A program made the translations under genes and the position numbers. DNA of 64,000 nt, taken from NCBI GenBank assembly GCA_964016885.1, contig OZ024740.1:242792001-242856000 (forward strand), given 5' to 3'. This DNA comes from Eledone cirrhosa. Taxonomy: Eukaryota. The notes beneath the pieces are model-generated. The model did not search any database and had not been told where the DNA came from. It saw only the letters and a list, made by a program, of their open reading frames with translations. How positions within the stretch are numbered: position 1 is the stretch's first letter; each line of letters starts with the position of its first letter. Of the stretch, positions 11,805 to 23,770 are shown piece after piece.

Positions 11805-14800
11805 TCATCATCATCATCGTTTAACGTCCATCTTCCATGCTTGCATGGGTTTGGACGGGAGTTTTCCCACTTGAGGCAAGATTGGTTGTCCTGCTCGTAT
11901 AGGACTGTCTGGCGGGTTTTCTATGGCTGGATGCCCTTCCTAACACCAACCACGTTTACAGTGTGGACTGGGAGGTTTTTACCGTGTTACCTACACGGCC
12001 ACATTACAGCGTGGACTGTGTGTTTTTTTGTCGTGACACCTACACGTCTGGCGGGTTTTCTACAGCTGGGTGCCATTCCCAACACCAACCACATTTACAG
12101 TGTGGACTGGGAGGGTTTTACCGTGTTACCTACATGGCCACATTACAGCATGGACTGTGTTTTTTTGTCATGACACCTACACGTCTGGTGGGTTTTCTAC
12201 GGCTGGGTGCCATTCCCAACACCAACCACATTTACAGTGTGGACTGGGAGGTTTTTACCGTGTTACCTACACGGCCACATTACAGCGTGGACTGTGTGTT
12301 TTTTTGTCGTGACATCTACACGACCTCATTTGTTTCAGACTGGATGTTGTGGTACCAACATAACTTCACATTTAAGGGGATGGTGTGGATGGGGTGGGGG
12401 TAGTGGGATGGGAGTGTATTTTGTTAGAGGTGCCTACTGACTGTAGGTTTCACTTTGTACTTAGGAAAATTGGGTCTTCTGTATAACTGCGTAGCGCCAA
12501 AGATCTCGGTCCAGTGACATTGTCTTGGAGAGGTGTAAGTGTGTGAGGTCGGAATTTATCAAGTCGTCCCAGGTTTTTCTGGGTCTGCCTACTCCGTGGC
12601 TACCGTCTATTTTTATCGCCCTGCACTTTTTTATACAGCTGTCGTCTTTCATGCGCATCACGTCACCGTACCAACGTAGTCTTCTCTCGAGTAAACAACA
12701 TCTGATCCCTCTTATTCCTAATTTCTCCCTTAGTTCGTTTATGCTTTGCCGTTCATGTATATTACTATTACACATCCAGTGGAGCATGCAAGCTTCGTTT
12801 CTCTCCAGTCTGCGTATATCCTCTGCACACAATGCCCAGGTCTCACTGCCATGTAACATTGCTGTTCGTATGCAAGCATCATACAGCCTGCCTTTCATTT
12901 TTAGAGAGAACCCTTTAGCGGCCAATAGTGGTATACACTCTCTGAACTTTTTTCATCCCGTTCTGACTCTAGCTATTGTACTTTCGGAGCACCCTCCCCC
13001 ACTGCTGATTTTGTCACCCAGGTAACGGAAGGTGTCCACTATTTCTATAGAACCATCTGTGCAATGGAATGAGCTAGTATTCTGTGGGCACTTGCTGCTA
13101 CTTATTGCACCAGAGCGCCATCCACATATAACATCTATATTCTTAGTTAGCTTACCTGTGATCCCACTACATCTTTTATGCACCCATACTTTGCATTTGG
13201 GACATAAAATGGAGTTTCTGCCTACTCCTTTCCTACACACTAAGCATGGCCATTTCCCAGATGGGAACGGTGCCCTATTATCCTTCCTACAAACTAGAAC
13301 TTTAGTCTTAGACAAGTTAACTTTAAGGCCTTTTGATTCTAGGCCATGCTTCCATGTTTGGAATTTCTTCTCTAGTTCAGCCATTGATTCGGCTATGAGC
13401 GTTAGATCATCTGCATATAGGAGTTCCTATGGGCAGCCAGTCTTAAACTCTCTGTTATAGCCTGAAGGGCAATAATAAATAGTAGGGGGCTAAGAATGGA
13501 GCCCTGATGTACACCAACTTTTACGCTAAACTCTTCACTATATTCGTTGTTAATTCTAACCTTGCTGACTGTTTCTTTATACATGGCTTGTATAGCTCTC
13601 ACAAGCCATTCATCAACACTTAGTTTTCTAAGGGCCCACCAGATAATGGAGCGGGGGACTCTGTCAAAGGCTTTCTCCAAGTCAACAAAAGCTAAGTATA
13701 GGGGTTTACTTTTAGCTAGGTACTTCTCCTGTAGTTGTCGTACAATGAAAAGAGTGTATGTGGTACTTTTACCTGACACAAACCCGAACTGCATTTCATC
13801 TAGATCAATTCGCTCTCTGATTAGTTGCGCTATTACTTTTTTTGTGACCTTCATGACCTAGTCAATTAATTTAATGCCTCTATAGTTACCCCTATCTAGG
13901 GCATCTCCTTTACCCTTGTAGCAGTTCATGATGATGATGCTACGCCAGTCCTTCGGAACGGCCCCATTCTGTATGACTTGGTTTACTATCCGGGTGACCA
14001 TAGTGTGTCCCACCGTTCCGGACGCTTTCAGCATTTCAGCAACTATTTCCGAAGGCCCAGCCGCCTTACCCGTCTTCATATCTTTGCTTGCCTTACTTAT
14101 TATACTTCCCTCAACTAGCACTGCTGGTCCCTCTATTGGATCGATGTGGGGGAGACTGTCTTTCTCCCATTTATTCTCCTCATTTAGTAGTCTTCTGGTA
14201 AGGATATAATCTATCTAACTGGCGTGTTCCCCTGATCTATAGGTGATCAAGTGATTGTCTCGTTTTTTGAAGTTAGTGTTACAGATAGTTGGTTATTTGC
14301 GTCACAGAATTCCAGGATTCTGGAGCCTTCCTCATTTCTAGTACCAAACCCATAGCCTCCATGGATTCCGTCATAGCCGTCACAATGTTGTCCAATGTGA
14401 CCATTTAGGTCACCAGCAATAATTGTTTAGTCACTGTCGGTTATTTGGGAGGTAGTGAGCATCAATGTCTCATAGAATCTGTCTTTTATAGTGCCAGGCA
14501 GTCCGGATTGGGGTGCATACGCAGATATTACTGTCACAGTAGTTCTATTTAGGACAAGTCTTATTTTAATTATTCTGTCATTCACTCTATGTACGTCTAT
14601 TATCTTATCTACCCATTTTTCTGCTAACATGATTCCTACCCCTCCCAGCCCATTGTCATTTCCCCCCCAGAAAAGCTTATAGCATTGTTTTTTACCCACA
14701 ATGAATCTAGCAGACCCACCCCTCCACCTGGTCTCTTGGATTCAGCAAACATCAACCTCCTTACGTTCAAGCATTTCTACAACCACGTTAGAGCAACCTT

Positions 14801-14960
14801 TTAAGGTGCCTACATTCACGGTACCAACTCTGAAGTTTTGGATTGCGTTTGGTGGGTGGGAACGGTGGGGTGCGGGGAGGGGTGAGGGGGATGGGGTTGG
14901 GGTTATGTGGGCCATTCGCAGCCGAAACAAAGAGGGGGAGTCCTTGCCTTATCGTCCGGC
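11802..14960 (-). mobile_element. Near full-length, internally deleted, frameshifted RTE LINE
   Basis: APE start FRVGTVNVGTLKG, SAYAPQ; RT NYRGIKL, FVDLEKAFDRV, GVHQGS, YADD; GRPRKTW; (ATG)n tail. Confidence 0.9.
11907..12321. repeat. Three tandem units of about 138 bp in RTE 3' UTR
   Basis: Units start at 11907, 12046 and 12183. Confidence 0.85.
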
Positions 14961-15144
14961 AGCATGAGGTGAATTTGTCTTTATCTTTGACATTGTCACT
15001 GAGTGTCCAGATTTTTCAGACTCTCCAGAATTCCATAGTCCATCCATCATATCGGAAAGTAACCAGAAGTGATAGCATAGGCCGCTGACTTATGATTGGT
15101 CCTAATAATAATGGTATAGAGTGCTGGCGGATGGGAGGGGTATA

Positions 15145-15815
15145 ATTACGGACACACTTCTCCCCGACAATATCACGGTTTTCCTTGACACATTGTCTAG
15201 CAATCCTGAACACCTCACGTTGTAGAACATGCTTGAACATTCTATCCTCTGCTTCCTTTTTGCAAAGTACACTTGTCTCCTAGCTTCTCTCCTGGCCACT
15301 TGATAGTGTTCTCTAATTCCCCCATCCTGCCATACATTCCAAGCCTGCTTTTTGGCCTTGATTGTCTCCTCCACCTTACTGTTCCACCACCAAGTTACTC
15401 TCCTCCTGCCAATAGGTCTGCTCCAGCCACAGATTTCATCCGTTGCTTTCAGCAGTTTCACTTTCAAGAATTCCTACTGTTCCTCTATATTGCACGTCTC
15501 TAATTGCTCTTCCTTATTGTCAAAGGCATCAAGTAATAAGCTTTTAAATTTGTTACTGGCTATGGGGTCCTTCAAATTCCATATTCTTCTCCTCAAGGTA
15601 GTCCTCCTCTGTCATCGAGTACATCTGTTCCTTACTATGAGGTCACTAACTACTAGGCTATGTTGGGAGGTGCATTCCTCATGGGGGAGGTATTTAGTGT
15701 TTACAACAGACACTTTGTCACGTCTTCTAGTAAGGATATAATCTCTCTGGCTGGCGTGGTCCCCTGATCTATAGGTGATCAAGTGGTTTTCTCATTTTTT
15801 GAAGTTTGTATTACA
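15145..15815 (-). mobile_element. RTE LINE internal fragment (APE end and linker)
   Basis: DYILTRR...TWWWNSKV...DIVGEKCVRN. Confidence 0.8.
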
Positions 15816-15816
15816 G

Positions 15817-15851
15817 ATATATATGTATATATATATATATATCTATATATA

Positions 15852-15897
<46 letters not shown>

Positions 15898-15898
15898 C

Positions 15899-15957
<59 letters not shown>

Positions 15958-16074
15958 CACACACATATATATATACATATATATACATATATATATATAT
16001 ATACACACATATATATATATATACACACACATATATATATACATATATATACATATATATATATATATACACAC

Positions 16075-16111
<37 letters not shown>
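15817..16111. repeat. (TA)n/(CA)n/(GA)n compound microsatellite
   Basis: Direct. Confidence 0.95.
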
Positions 16112-16112
<1 letters not shown>

Positions 16113-16119
16113 GTAGAAC

Positions 16120-17160
16120 ACTGGAAGGTAATATCAGTAGTGGTAGACCACTCAGTCCATGGGATGGGTTAGGTAGAAGAGGTAACAGCACCATACCGAG
16201 AACAATTGTTTCATCTTAGCAGATCTTTAGCTCAGACTGGTCATGGTTATACGGAATAGGAAGAATAACCACATGAACGTGCATGCGCAGAACGTTCACT
16301 TCACGCAAGCGATATAATACCACGGGCGAAAGGTGTAAGGGAGATAACTGAAAAAGAGTTGGTAAGAAAATTGGAATGTTGTTGTTATTCAATCCAGAGC
16401 TTTATAGTTATGTAAGAGGTGTTTCAAGACATGTGGACAACGTGTGGAGATTTCATTTCTTGAGTTTAGACAATCGCTATTGCGTAATCTCCTTAGAATA
16501 TTTATCCGTTCAGCAATACATAGTCCACAAGACGAATTGCCCCTTCCATATGGTTTGGACTTAGTGATGGCTTTCCATTGAATGAAGTAAGTCTATACTT
16601 GAGTCCTTGAGGGCCCATACATGGCTCGCGAGTTTCGTGGTTGATCGTTTATATGGGTACCTAAAGGTCGACTGATTGTTCAAGAAACATTCCTTAAATT
16701 GGTCCTCTGCCATAGCCACATAGGATTTGACCTCCTGTGGTTGATTTGGTCAGTTGAAAGTGACCATGGCTTCATAAACTACAGTGGGTGTGTTGCATTG
16801 CTGTTGGAGGAGACAAGCTTCAGGCTTTCGGCAAGAACACCCTGGTGGGGTGCTGCTCTTAGGGTTGTTGGTTATGTGGGCCTTCTCACTCAACGTTAAA
16901 ACTAATGTAGGAGAAAATTGTTTAGCCCTCTTAGATAGACACTTTCCTATAGGTCACAAATACTGCTCCATCTTTAACAGACACAGAGTAAAACTAGGAT
17001 ACTCCTACACTAAGAATATGAAGGCCCACATCACCAACAGTCCTAAGAGCAGCACCCCACCAAGGTGCTCTTGCCGAAGGTTCTTATATATTTGATATAT
17101 TTGATATATATTTATCCTAATCGAGCCCTCTTTGGATTTTAGTCTTCAAATTTATTATTA
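16120..17160 (-). mobile_element. Penelope-like element remnant (GIY-YIG region, pLTR) with inverted 5' part
   Basis: Minus strand SYVAMAEDQFKE...STFRY..TKLASHVWALK...CGLCIAERINI; plus strand PFSLNVKTNVG..LLDRHFP..IFN..VKLGYS; degenerate hammerhead at 16196-16235. Confidence 0.75.
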
Positions 17161-17164
17161 TTAC

Positions 17165-17220
<56 letters not shown>

Positions 17221-17221
<1 letters not shown>

Positions 17222-20200
17222 TGATCAGATCAAGCTAGTAGCACAAAGTCAGCGAAGGGAAAATGAAGCATGTGTCAGTGAAAACGAGGTAAACTGTAAC
17301 ACTTTGAATCCCAGGGTTGGGGCGGAATCACTGGCAACAGAACAAATTAAAGAAAGGAGCGAAAAAGTGGAGGGAGTGCATGCTCAGGATGAAACTCCAA
17401 ATGAAAATAATGAGATCGTAAATGATAAAGAAATGAATGAGAATGAACTTGCCAACTTGAAGGATGAAATTATGATCGAATGGATGAAAATGAAAGAATC
17501 TGACATGGGACAACGAGACACCCTCCCTAAGATCCAGAACTCCAAACAGAACCAAAAGATAATACACAAGACTAACATAATTCTCAAAAACATTATCATC
17601 ACAAACAAACTAAACATTACTGACTTAAATCATCTCTATTATGCATCGGCTAAAGTCACCACTCACTTATGTGGAGTGAAGATGAAAAAACAAAGGAATT
17701 CCCACAAGAAATCTACTTGGCAAGATAACATCAATCGCCAAATAAACCTTCTCCGATCTGACATAGAAATTTTAACAAACTATAAAGTAGGTGAACATGT
17801 TAAACAAACTAAACTTAGAAAATTGCAAAAAAAGTACAGTATAAGATCAACATGTGACATAGACATGCTGATAGAAACAATCAAGCAAAAAGTGTCGGCC
17901 AAAGCTGCTCGTATAAGGCGCTTTGAAAAACGATCTAGATTCTATAAGGACAATAATATGTTCAAAAACAACCAAAGAAACTTCTACAGAAAAATTGGTA
18001 AGTCAACAATAACTGCTAAATCAATACCACCCAAGGAGGAAGTGCAAGAATTCTGGGAAAAGATCTGGGCCGAAGAAAAAGTTCATAACATACATGCCCC
18101 ATGGATAGACAGACAAATGAAAGAAACAGCTCACCTTGAAGAGCAAACATGGGAAAATATAACAGTTGAACAGCTGCGCTTGGCTCTAAGAAAAACCAGC
18201 AAATGGAAATCCCCAGGAAAAGACAAAATACAAAACTTTTGGATAAATGCCTTCACAGAGTCTCATGAGCTGTTAGCCCAACTTTACAATGAAATAGTTA
18301 AGGAGCCAGAAAAGATACCATCATGGCTAGTTAACGGCATTACATTCTTGCTACCGAAGAATGATGAGACAAACAATCCCCAAAATTACAGACCGATAAC
18401 CTGCTTGACCACAATGTATAAAATTTTAACATCAGTCCTAACTGAATACACATATGACCACCTGATAACAAATGACCTATTTCCCATTGAGCAGAAAGGG
18501 TGTAAACGAGGCTCATATGGCTGTAAGGATCAGCTTCTGGTTAACAAAATGATACTGGAAGATTGTCATAATAGACACAAAAATCTATCGATTGCTTGGA
18601 TAGATTATAAAAAAGCATTCGATAGTTTGCCACACAGTTGGATTGAAAAATGTTTAGAGATTTTCAAAATATCCTCCGTTGTCAGGAGGTTTTTGTCATT
18701 CAGTATGAGGACATGGAGAACGACACTCCTTTTGAATAGTGAAACAAAATCACTGGAAGCTGGAGAAGTTAACATTAATTGTGGAATTTTTCAGGGTGAC
18801 TCTTTATCACCGCTTTTATTCTGCATCGCACTTATACCATTAAGTAAAATGCTCAATGAAACAAAACATGGATATAGAGTCTATGACAAAACCATTAATC
18901 ACCTGTTCTACATGGATGACCTGAAACTATTTGCAAAAAATGATGAACAATTGCAAGGGCTATTATCCACTGTGAAGCAGTTCAGTGATGACATTAAAAT
19001 GGAGTTTGGACTAGATAAATGCGCCAAAGCAACGTTCACCAGAGGAAAGCTGCTGAAAAGTTCAGACATTAATCTTGATCGGCGGAATGTGATAACAGAA
19101 CTTGATCAAGAGGAAACTTACAAATATCCAGGTGTTTGTGAAGGAGACGGAATCAAGCACTCGACAATGAGGGAAAGGATAAGGAAGGAATGTTACCGCA
19201 GAGTCAGAGCAATCTTAAGAACGGAATTGAATGCAAGGAATAGGATCGATGCCATAAACACGCTTGCCATACCAGTAGTAACTTACAGTTACAATGTCAT
19301 CAACTGGTCAAGCACAGAGATCCGTAGGCTCGATACAAAAATTAGAAAATTCTTAACCATGCACAGAATGCATCACCCTAAGGCAGATATAGATAGAATA
19401 TATCTCCCTAGGAAAGAAGGAGGACGTGGGTTAATCCAGTTAGACATTGCGTTGAAAACTGCAACAATTGGATTATCCACATATCTAAGGGAATCACATG
19501 ATTGGATGATCAAACTCGTTTTGAAACACGAAAGCACCAAAAGATCATATTCCATTACAAAAGATGCACAAAGATACAGTAATGGACTACAAATTTCAGA
19601 AGTCCCATTTACTGCTGAAATGGAAAACACAGAAAAAGCAAAGCAGGTAAAAGTAACTGCAAAGAAAGAACTGCTACAGAAACTGGCTAAGAAATGGCAA
19701 GAAAAGCCTCTGTATGGAAAATACCCAGAGCGAGCTAACAATCCTGATGTTGACAAAACTTTAACCCATCAGTGGTTGGCATCCTCTGGACTGAAATCGG
19801 AGACTGAAGGACTGATTATATCGGCACAAGATCAGTGTCTGCCAACAAAAAATTACCAAGCCAACATAATAAAAAATGGGTGCAGCCCATTATGCCGTGT
19901 ATGCAAAAAACAACCAGAGACCATTGACCATATAATTTCAATGTGCAGTCCTATAGCTCCAACCGAATACCTAAACAGGCATGACAGAGCTGCACAATAC
20001 ATACATTGGATAATGTGTAAGCATTTTGACCTGCCCCATCAAAAGAATTGGTGGGAGCATCAACCACCTCCCATACTTGAAAAAGATCACATCTCAATCT
20101 TGTGGAACTTTAGCATCCAAACAGACCGAAAAATAGATGCAAATAGACCTGATATAATATTGAAGGACTTTCAAAGGAGGGTATGCCTGCTAATTGATAT

Positions 20201-20600
20201 GTCTGTTCCAATAGATATGAATGTATCTATAAAAGCATTTGAAAAATTGAGCAAGTATAAGGACCTGGAGATAGAAATTGGAAAAATGTGGAAATTGAGA
20301 ACTAAAACAATACCAGTGGTTGTAGGCGCTCTGGGAATGATACCTAAGGGGTCTAACGACTACTTATCGCAAATCCCAGGAAACCCGCGTATAGGAGAAA
20401 TACAAAAGATAGTACTAATGGGAACTGCCCATATACTAAGGAAGATCCTGTCAATATAAGTACATCACAAGTCTAAACACTAAGGATGCATGTGTGAATA
20501 TGTATGTTCTTTCTTGAACATGGCGGACCTTGTTGTCTCTTGTGGTCACTGGTTGTGACTTGGTGATAACTCGTATAAACATAAAGCAAGATAAATGCAA
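17221..20600 (+). mobile_element. R4/Dong-clade non-LTR retrotransposon, 5'-truncated, inserted in (TAA)n
   Basis: (TAA)n on both sides (17173-17220, 20599-20620); single RT-CCHC-RLE ORF; Dong elements are known to target (TAA)n. Confidence 0.9.
17304..20459 (+). CDS. Reverse transcriptase + CCHC knuckle + restriction-like endonuclease (1051 aa; frame stays open back into the flanking repeat)
   Basis: NYRPITCL, IDYKKAFDS, GIFQGDSLSP, YMDD, CRVC-x8-H-x4-C, RHD, RPDI..LIDMSVP, KLSKYKDL. Confidence 0.92.
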   Translation: MNPRVGAESLATEQIKERSEKVEGVHAQDETPNENNEIVNDKEMNENELANLKDEIMIEWMKMKESDMGQRDTLPKIQNSKQNQKIIHKTNIILKNIIITNKLNITDLNHLYYASAKVTTHLCGVKMKKQRNSHKKSTWQDNINRQINLLRSDIEILTNYKVGEHVKQTKLRKLQKKYSIRSTCDIDMLIETIKQKVSAKAARIRRFEKRSRFYKDNNMFKNNQRNFYRKIGKSTITAKSIPPKEEVQEFWEKIWAEEKVHNIHAPWIDRQMKETAHLEEQTWENITVEQLRLALRKTSKWKSPGKDKIQNFWINAFTESHELLAQLYNEIVKEPEKIPSWLVNGITFLLPKNDETNNPQNYRPITCLTTMYKILTSVLTEYTYDHLITNDLFPIEQKGCKRGSYGCKDQLLVNKMILEDCHNRHKNLSIAWIDYKKAFDSLPHSWIEKCLEIFKISSVVRRFLSFSMRTWRTTLLLNSETKSLEAGEVNINCGIFQGDSLSPLLFCIALIPLSKMLNETKHGYRVYDKTINHLFYMDDLKLFAKNDEQLQGLLSTVKQFSDDIKMEFGLDKCAKATFTRGKLLKSSDINLDRRNVITELDQEETYKYPGVCEGDGIKHSTMRERIRKECYRRVRAILRTELNARNRIDAINTLAIPVVTYSYNVINWSSTEIRRLDTKIRKFLTMHRMHHPKADIDRIYLPRKEGGRGLIQLDIALKTATIGLSTYLRESHDWMIKLVLKHESTKRSYSITKDAQRYSNGLQISEVPFTAEMENTEKAKQVKVTAKKELLQKLAKKWQEKPLYGKYPERANNPDVDKTLTHQWLASSGLKSETEGLIISAQDQCLPTKNYQANIIKNGCSPLCRVCKKQPETIDHIISMCSPIAPTEYLNRHDRAAQYIHWIMCKHFDLPHQKNWWEHQPPPILEKDHISILWNFSIQTDRKIDANRPDIILKDFQRRVCLLIDMSVPIDMNVSIKAFEKLSKYKDLEIEIGKMWKLRTKTIPVVVGALGMIPKGSNDYLSQIPGNPRIGEIQKIVLMGTAHILRKILSI

Positions 20601-20621
20601 ATAATAATAATAATAATAATA

Positions 20622-21985
20622 AGCAACGGAATCCAGGTACCAACAGGTGAAATGATAAAGGAAATTGACACTGAAGAAGGATACAAGTATTTGGGTGTTC
20701 TGGAGGCTGATGACATCAAGAACAAAAAAATGAAGGAATTGATAAGATCTGAATACATTCGGAGAGTAAGGAGCGTATTAAAGTCACATCTGAACAGTAG
20801 GAATGCCATAAGTGCAGTAAATTCCCGAGCTGTGTCTATTATTAGGTACAGTGCGGGAATTCTGAGATGGAATGTTGCTGAACAAAAAGAAATGGATAGG
20901 AAGACTAGGAAGCTATTGACTATCTACAACATGTTCCACAAGAGGAGTGATGTCGATAGACTCTACTTAAGGAGATCTGAAGGTGGAAGAGGTCTTATCA
21001 GCATAGAGGACTGTGTTCAGATGGAGAAAAACAACCTACACAAATACATGACTGATAGTAAGGAGCCAATGCTCAGAATTGTACTGAAGAAGAGGACAAT
21101 AGACCAGGGGATGTCCAAGGAGGAAATAATAAGGAGAAAGAGCAGCCTTCATGAAAAATCCCTTCACAGTACCTTCTTTGAGAAAACTGAATTCAGAGAT
21201 CCACAGACATGGAACTGGTTGTAAAGAGAAGACCTTAAAAAGGCTACAGAAGGAATGCTAATGGCTGCGCAACAGCAGGCCCTCAAAACGAAGTGGTTGA
21301 AACACCATATTTACAAGGAGGAGGCTAGCCCACTGTGCAGGATCTGTGGAGAGAGAGAGGAGACTGTGGCTCACATTGTATCCAAGTGTAAACACCTAGC
21401 CCAGACTCACTATAAAGGCTGGAGACATGATGTGATGGGCAGGGTGATCCACTGGCACCTATGCAAAGTAGACAATTTACCACATTCTGAGAAGTGGTAT
21501 GAGCATAAGCCAGAGTCGGTGATAGAAAACGATCAGGTGAAGGTGCTGTAGGATTTTAGGATACAGACGGACAAGAAACTGGAACATAATAGACCTGACC
21601 TGGTGGTTTTGGACAAGGAAAAAGATCGTGCCTGATTGTGGATGTGGCCTGCCCATTCGAGACGAGAGTGCAAGAGAAGGAGAGGGAGAAAATTAACCGA
21701 TACCAGGACTTAAAGTGGGAGGTAAAAAGGATTTGGAACTGCCATGAAGTCAAAGTGGTCCTGATTGTCATAGGCGCACTAGGTACTATCTCAAAAGGTT
21801 TCCAGGGATGGTTAAAGAAAATTGGCCCCGCCACGCTTTTTGGAACGCTTCAAAAGGCATGCTTGCTGGGAACAGCAAGAACCCTCCGATACGTCCTGAA
21901 TATCTGAGGCTGCAGGTAGTGGCTTGATATTCATTTCAACAAACTTTCCAGTTAACTAACATCAATGACTGAGACTCAAAGAACA
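20622..21985 (+). mobile_element. Second R4/Dong subfamily, 3' portion, with stops
   Basis: YKYLGV, EGGRGL, CRICGEREETVAHIVSKC, RPDL, KINRYQDL; ends in (AAT)n. Confidence 0.85.
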
Positions 21986-22010
21986 ACAATAATAATAATA
22001 ATAACAATAA

Positions 22011-22842
22011 TGCTTTCTTTATTAACTACAAGGGTTTACACAAAGTAGACATTAAGGACAGTACAGGACAATACAGGACGGTACAAAAGGGCATTTCTGC
22101 GTGTAAAAAAACAAAAAACAGAGGATGTAATAATAGAACAATGAAAAAATTCCCCAATAGGGGGGAGACTTCCGAGGGACATTCGTGGAGAAAGCACATT
22201 AAAAAGCCACAGTGACCCTGACCACCAGGGCAAGTGCCCTCTCCCAGTTTTCCACCTTTAATTTACAGACACATACTTAGCCTCTCTCACCTATCTTTCA
22301 ACAAAATGCTGGGAAGAGAGCACTTCCCTCTCTACCCTGATTTTCCTTTTCAAATGAAATTTGAAAAAGTTAATCAGGGCATCACCGAAGAGGTAAGTGC
22401 TCGTCTTCAGCCCTTTCAAACGTGTCCACCATACTATCTCTTTCACCATGGCCACCAGACAGATAAAAACTGCCTGCCCTTCCCAGCTAAAGGAAGAGGG
22501 CGGGGCAATCCTCACGATGGACTCAGCTGATAGCCGGATCCATCCTACACGTGACAGCAGGTGTTCGACATAAACCCACAAGTCAGCAATGCTCGGACAC
22601 TGGACGAGTGCGTGCAGGACGGTTTCATCGCCCTGCGCGCATCTCGGACATGCCCGGCTGACGGCACCTCCATGCCTGTAGAGTTTATCCCGAACTGGCA
22701 AAGCTCCTCGGTAGCACTGCCAGGCCAGGGATTTCTGGAATTTGTCCATAGGCCCCGGCTCGAAAGTTTTTCCGAAGAGATTGGCTAGTTGATTTTCGTC
22801 GACGCCTAGAGTTTCCCCAAGTACGTCGTCGCTCTTCCCCAC
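22011..22842 (-). mobile_element. Tx1/L1-like LINE 3' fragment
   Basis: CPRC-x8-H-x4-C ORF2 C-terminus; AATAAA then (TTA)n tail; matches 36501-37365. Confidence 0.8.
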
Positions 22843-23135
22843 TAATACATTTCACTATCATTTGATAATGCATATAAATGCTGAAACCGGTAATAGACAA
22901 TAATTAAATATATAAATAGATAAATAAATGCCATTGTTAAATAATAAATAAATCAACTAATACCTTAACACTTCACACAAAGTAAAACATTTCGTTTTAA
23001 TCATTTTCTAACCCAGAAAAAAGAGAGAGAGAAACAAAAAAGGAAAAAAAGATATTTTTCTTCCTCATAATCGTCTCTTTCTCCCTTTTTTCATATATAT
23101 ATATATCCTAACTCGTGTGCCTCCTCTCCACATTT

Positions 23136-23201
<66 letters not shown>

Positions 23202-23263
23202 ATATATATATATATATATATAAGAGAGTATTGAAGTTTGCTTGAAGCATTGTGGAATAATAG

Positions 23264-23722
23264 GTAAATATCTTTAAGTCGTTTGGAAGCCTCGACAATG
23301 CAAATGGGTAAATCTCCGGGTAACAAGATCCGGTGGTGGAGAGGGAGATGTAAGTGGGTGTACGGTGAGATGCGTGGTGTGTATGAGATGTGTAGAGGAA
23401 TGAAGGAAAGAGTATAAAGGATAAAATTAAAATAACAACACGAGAGAGAGTTACCTTGGGAGAGATTTAATTGTCCCTATATATTTTGGATTCACATCCA
23501 TCAACTGGGGGTTTTTTCCGGGGTGGGGGAAAGGTTGTCTGTCGGAAAGGTTATTTTTATTTTATCCTTTATACTCTTTCCTTCATTCCTCTACACGTCT
23601 TATACACACCACGCATCTCAACGTACACCCACTTACATCTCTCTCTCCACCACCGGATCTTGTTACCCGGAGATTTACCCATTTGCATTGTCGAGGCTTC
23701 CAAACGACTTAAAGATATTTAC
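23264..23722. repeat. Inverted repeat with arms of about 173 bp
   Basis: 23264-23436 is the reverse complement of 23550-23722; flanked by (TA)n. Confidence 0.9.
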
Positions 23723-23770
23723 GTATATATATATATTTTTATATATATATTTTTTTTATATATATATATC

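Noticed and set aside
15775-16219. YI-repeat ORFs
   Set aside because: (TA)n translation
23523-23770. N-terminal extension of the 420-aa RT ORF
   Set aside because: Read-through of an inverted-repeat arm and (TA)n; RT homology starts at about 23771
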